DNA of 59,083 nt from contig JAYGDH010000497.1 in assembly GCA_046583055.1 (NCBI GenBank), positions 1-59,083 on the forward strand. Direction: 5' to 3'. The notes beneath the pieces are model-generated. The model made no database searches and was not told the origin of the DNA. It worked only from the letters and a program-made list of their open reading frames with translations. The position numbers and the translations under genes are program-made. Positions 57,024 through 59,083 of the stretch are shown here, piece by piece; position 1 is the first letter of the stretch; the number at the start of each line of letters is the position of its first letter. This stretch comes from Pirellulaceae bacterium (GTDB lineage: Bacteria > Planctomycetota > Planctomycetia > Pirellulales > Pirellulaceae).

Positions 57024-57298
57024 GGCAGGAAATCCTTGTGGATGGAAAGGCTTTCAGTAAGTCGATGGCTGGCTTGCCTGCGACATAAAAATGCCACCAG
57101 GGCGGTCAGTCTTTAGCTTAGGTAAGTACCGATATTTTAGTTGTTGGAGGCGAGATTGTCATTGGCATATAGCATCGTAAAACGAAAGTTGTCACCGGTT
57201 CAGTCCCACTTGCCTGTTCCTGTTAAACCCGATTAATTGCCAGGGGTTTTCGAGAAAATCGCAGGTTATCGTTTGCCTGGACAAGATAAACTCTTGTC

Positions 57299-59083
57299 CT
57301 AAGGTCCCTGCGGGTTATTAATCGCAGGCGCCACCGCGTCATCCGCTGGCAGGGGGTTTGTCGGATAACCGTATTTCAGGCCAATCGGACCCGGATCGAC
57401 CCAGATGCCCTCGGCATCCAGTTCCATGGTTCCCAGGTTCAGGTCCAGCATCGCCCGTTGAACTTCGTAGTTCACCCAGACACTGAGAATGTCGTCCTGG
57501 GCATCTCGCAGAGCATCCAGGGACGAGATCAGGTTTTGGGCAGTCGTGGGTCCAAACGTACTCGCCTGTCCCAGTGCATTTTGACGAGGTGGTTCCTGCA
57601 GCTTGAGTCGCGCCGATTGCACCTGCTTGATAGCGACTCGCAGTGCCGTGCGCCGCAGTTCGAAGTTCACCTGGTTCAATTGAACCTGTCGCAGGGCCGC
57701 TCTCAATCCTGATGCAATGGCATCTTCAAAACGGTAGTAACGTCGACGGGATTGCTGGTATTCGATCAGGGATTGGCGGTACGTGTTGCGTTCCTGCAGG
57801 CGGGTAATGGGTGCATCCCATCGCAGGGCAGCACGCAGGCTGCCGTTGGAAGCATCCAGGTTGAATGGATGATCGCTGACATTGCCAATATCGCCACTAA
57901 AAACAATGTCCAGGTTGCTTTCCAGGCTGTCAGCATTGAATTCCACCAGTCGCCAGGCATCGACGAGTGAGGCCCGAGCATTCATCCAGTCGAGGCGGTG
58001 TTCGCGTGCTATTTCCAGGGCCCCTGCGGCTTCCATTTCCACGGGGACCAGGCTGATACTTTCCGCGCGAGCTTCTGCCTGGACCAGCGACAATTCCAGT
58101 AGGTCTGCCGAGAGTCCGTTTAACAGGTCGGGGAAGACGAAGAAGATACGCGTGTCCAGGATGGTTTGCAGGTCGCCCGGCTGCAGTTGGTCGCCCCGCT
58201 GTAACAACTGATCAATATCCTGGATCAACTGGTTCGTGGCCTTGGTGTTCGTGATGCGAGTTTTAATCCCGCTGAGCGTTTCGGCAAGCAGGATGGGCAG
58301 ATTGTCGAGCCCGTTGGTATCAAACAGCGACAGGTCTACCAGGCTTGCTGAGTCATCGCCTGCTACAGCACGTTGCTGGAAGAGATTCTTGAGCTCCTTG
58401 GCTGCCAGGTGTCTGTCCGGCAGGTTGACACGCAGTTTTTGAATGTCGTTGGCTGCCTGAGGAATGTTAACTTGCGCCGTTTGCTGGCGAAGTTCGCCGA
58501 GGCGTTTGGCCAGTATGCCCAGTTGCGTCAGGGCAGTCTTGAGCGTGGGGCTCCACTGGACCTGGGGTGCCTGGTTGCCCTCGTCTGTGGGTAGCACACT
58601 GATGATTATCTCACCCACCTGGTTCTGGAGCTGGAGAACCGAGTTTTGCAGTGGAATGAGCTGGGGATCGATCAGGTTGAACTGGTCCAGCGTGGTGTCT
58701 TTGATGACCAGGTCGATCTGTGGTGGTAACCCCAGGTCTGACTTGAAGCGGTCCAGGCGGTCCTGGTAAGAGCGACGCAGCGTCAGCAAGCTGGATACCG
58801 TGCTGTACAACCGCTGTCGTAACTGCTCCACCTGGAAAAAATCAATACGACCGGCATCACGGAAAGCTTCCAGTTGCGAGAGGCTGCTACGTAAAGCGGC
58901 CAGGCTGGCATCCCCGTTGCGCAGATTCAACTGGGCTTGAAGTAAACCGACATAACCACTTGCGTTTTCCGGCGCCACGGAACCAGACGAACCTCCAAAT
59001 GAACTGCGTCCAACACCACCAAAACCGCCACTCCCAACACCCGTAAAACCACCCAAACCGGAACTGCCAAAGAATCCACCACG
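57299..59083 (-). CDS. TolC-like outer-membrane efflux protein (5' end lies beyond the window)
   Basis: The frame is open to the window edge. It has a Gly-rich N-terminal region, and the long heptad-like helical repeats are typical of OMF proteins. It lies upstream of, and co-directional with, the adaptor-ABC genes. Confidence 0.8.
   Translation of the reverse strand, partial: RGGFFGSSGLGGFTGVGSGGFGGVGRSSFGGSSGSVAPENASGYVGLLQAQLNLRNGDASLAALRSSLSQLEAFRDAGRIDFFQVEQLRQRLYSTVSSLLTLRRSYQDRLDRFKSDLGLPPQIDLVIKDTTLDQFNLIDPQLIPLQNSVLQLQNQVGEIIISVLPTDEGNQAPQVQWSPTLKTALTQLGILAKRLGELRQQTAQVNIPQAANDIQKLRVNLPDRHLAAKELKNLFQQRAVAGDDSASLVDLSLFDTNGLDNLPILLAETLSGIKTRITNTKATNQLIQDIDQLLQRGDQLQPGDLQTILDTRIFFVFPDLLNGLSADLLELSLVQAEARAESISLVPVEMEAAGALEIAREHRLDWMNARASLVDAWRLVEFNADSLESNLDIVFSGDIGNVSDHPFNLDASNGSLRAALRWDAPITRLQERNTYRQSLIEYQQSRRRYYRFEDAIASGLRAALRQVQLNQVNFELRRTALRVAIKQVQSARLKLQEPPRQNALGQASTFGPTTAQNLISSLDALRDAQDDILSVWVNYEVQRAMLDLNLGTMELDAEGIWVDPGPIGLKYGYPTNPLPADDAVAPAINNPQGP

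Noticed and set aside
1-59083. Scan for tRNA/rRNA/tmRNA/RNase P, CRISPR arrays, IS elements, integrases, toxin-antitoxin or known defence genes
   Set aside because: I found none by eye. There are no T-loop GGTTCGAATCC-type motifs in a tRNA context, no regularly spaced repeats, and no transposase, integrase or nuclease-helicase ORFs. Small structured RNAs cannot be excluded without covariance-model searches.

Overview
This is a densely coding chromosomal window with about 48 well-supported CDS and a GC content in the mid-50s % by eye. Several family hallmarks point to Planctomycetota. These are a DUF1559 / H-X9-DG pseudopilin-like protein, a BBP7-type outer-membrane barrel, a giant dehydrogenase-like/HEAT/CxxCH haem protein, several Tat signals and two ECF sigma/anti-sigma pairs.

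Most of the content is housekeeping:
- carB(partial)-pyrC
- aroB
- folK-panC-lgt
- infA
- lysA
- epmB/efp/epmA
- thyA-folA
- bioF
- a MacAB-TolC-like efflux operon

Conserved hypothetical envelope proteins lie between these genes. I found no rRNA, tRNA, CRISPR array, transposase, integrase, phage genes or recognisable defence island, so this reads as core genome rather than an accessory region.

The most unusual observations are domain architectures and local anomalies rather than a clear multi-gene novel system:
1. A complete EF-P beta-lysylation locus in which the EpmA ligase carries an N-terminal FHA (phosphothreonine-binding) domain.
2. An ECF sigma factor paired with a membrane protein whose extracytoplasmic part is a DUF1559 pseudopilin-like domain. 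Its class-III signal peptide has been turned into an internal anchor behind a roughly 100-aa cytoplasmic domain. A 1270-aa haem/HEAT protein follows.
3. aroB interrupted by a single in-frame TGA at a position where Trp (TGG) would fit.
4. An approximately 870-bp low-GC gene-poor gap with a strong minus-strand intrinsic-terminator-like hairpin about 15 nt upstream of the folK start. This could be a leader/attenuator or an sRNA.
5. Lgt with a PDZ-like insertion.
6. FolK fused to a dNK-like P-loop domain.
7. An efflux adaptor with a C-terminal EF-hand pair.

All domain calls come from motif recognition by eye. No HMM, BLAST or Rfam search was run.
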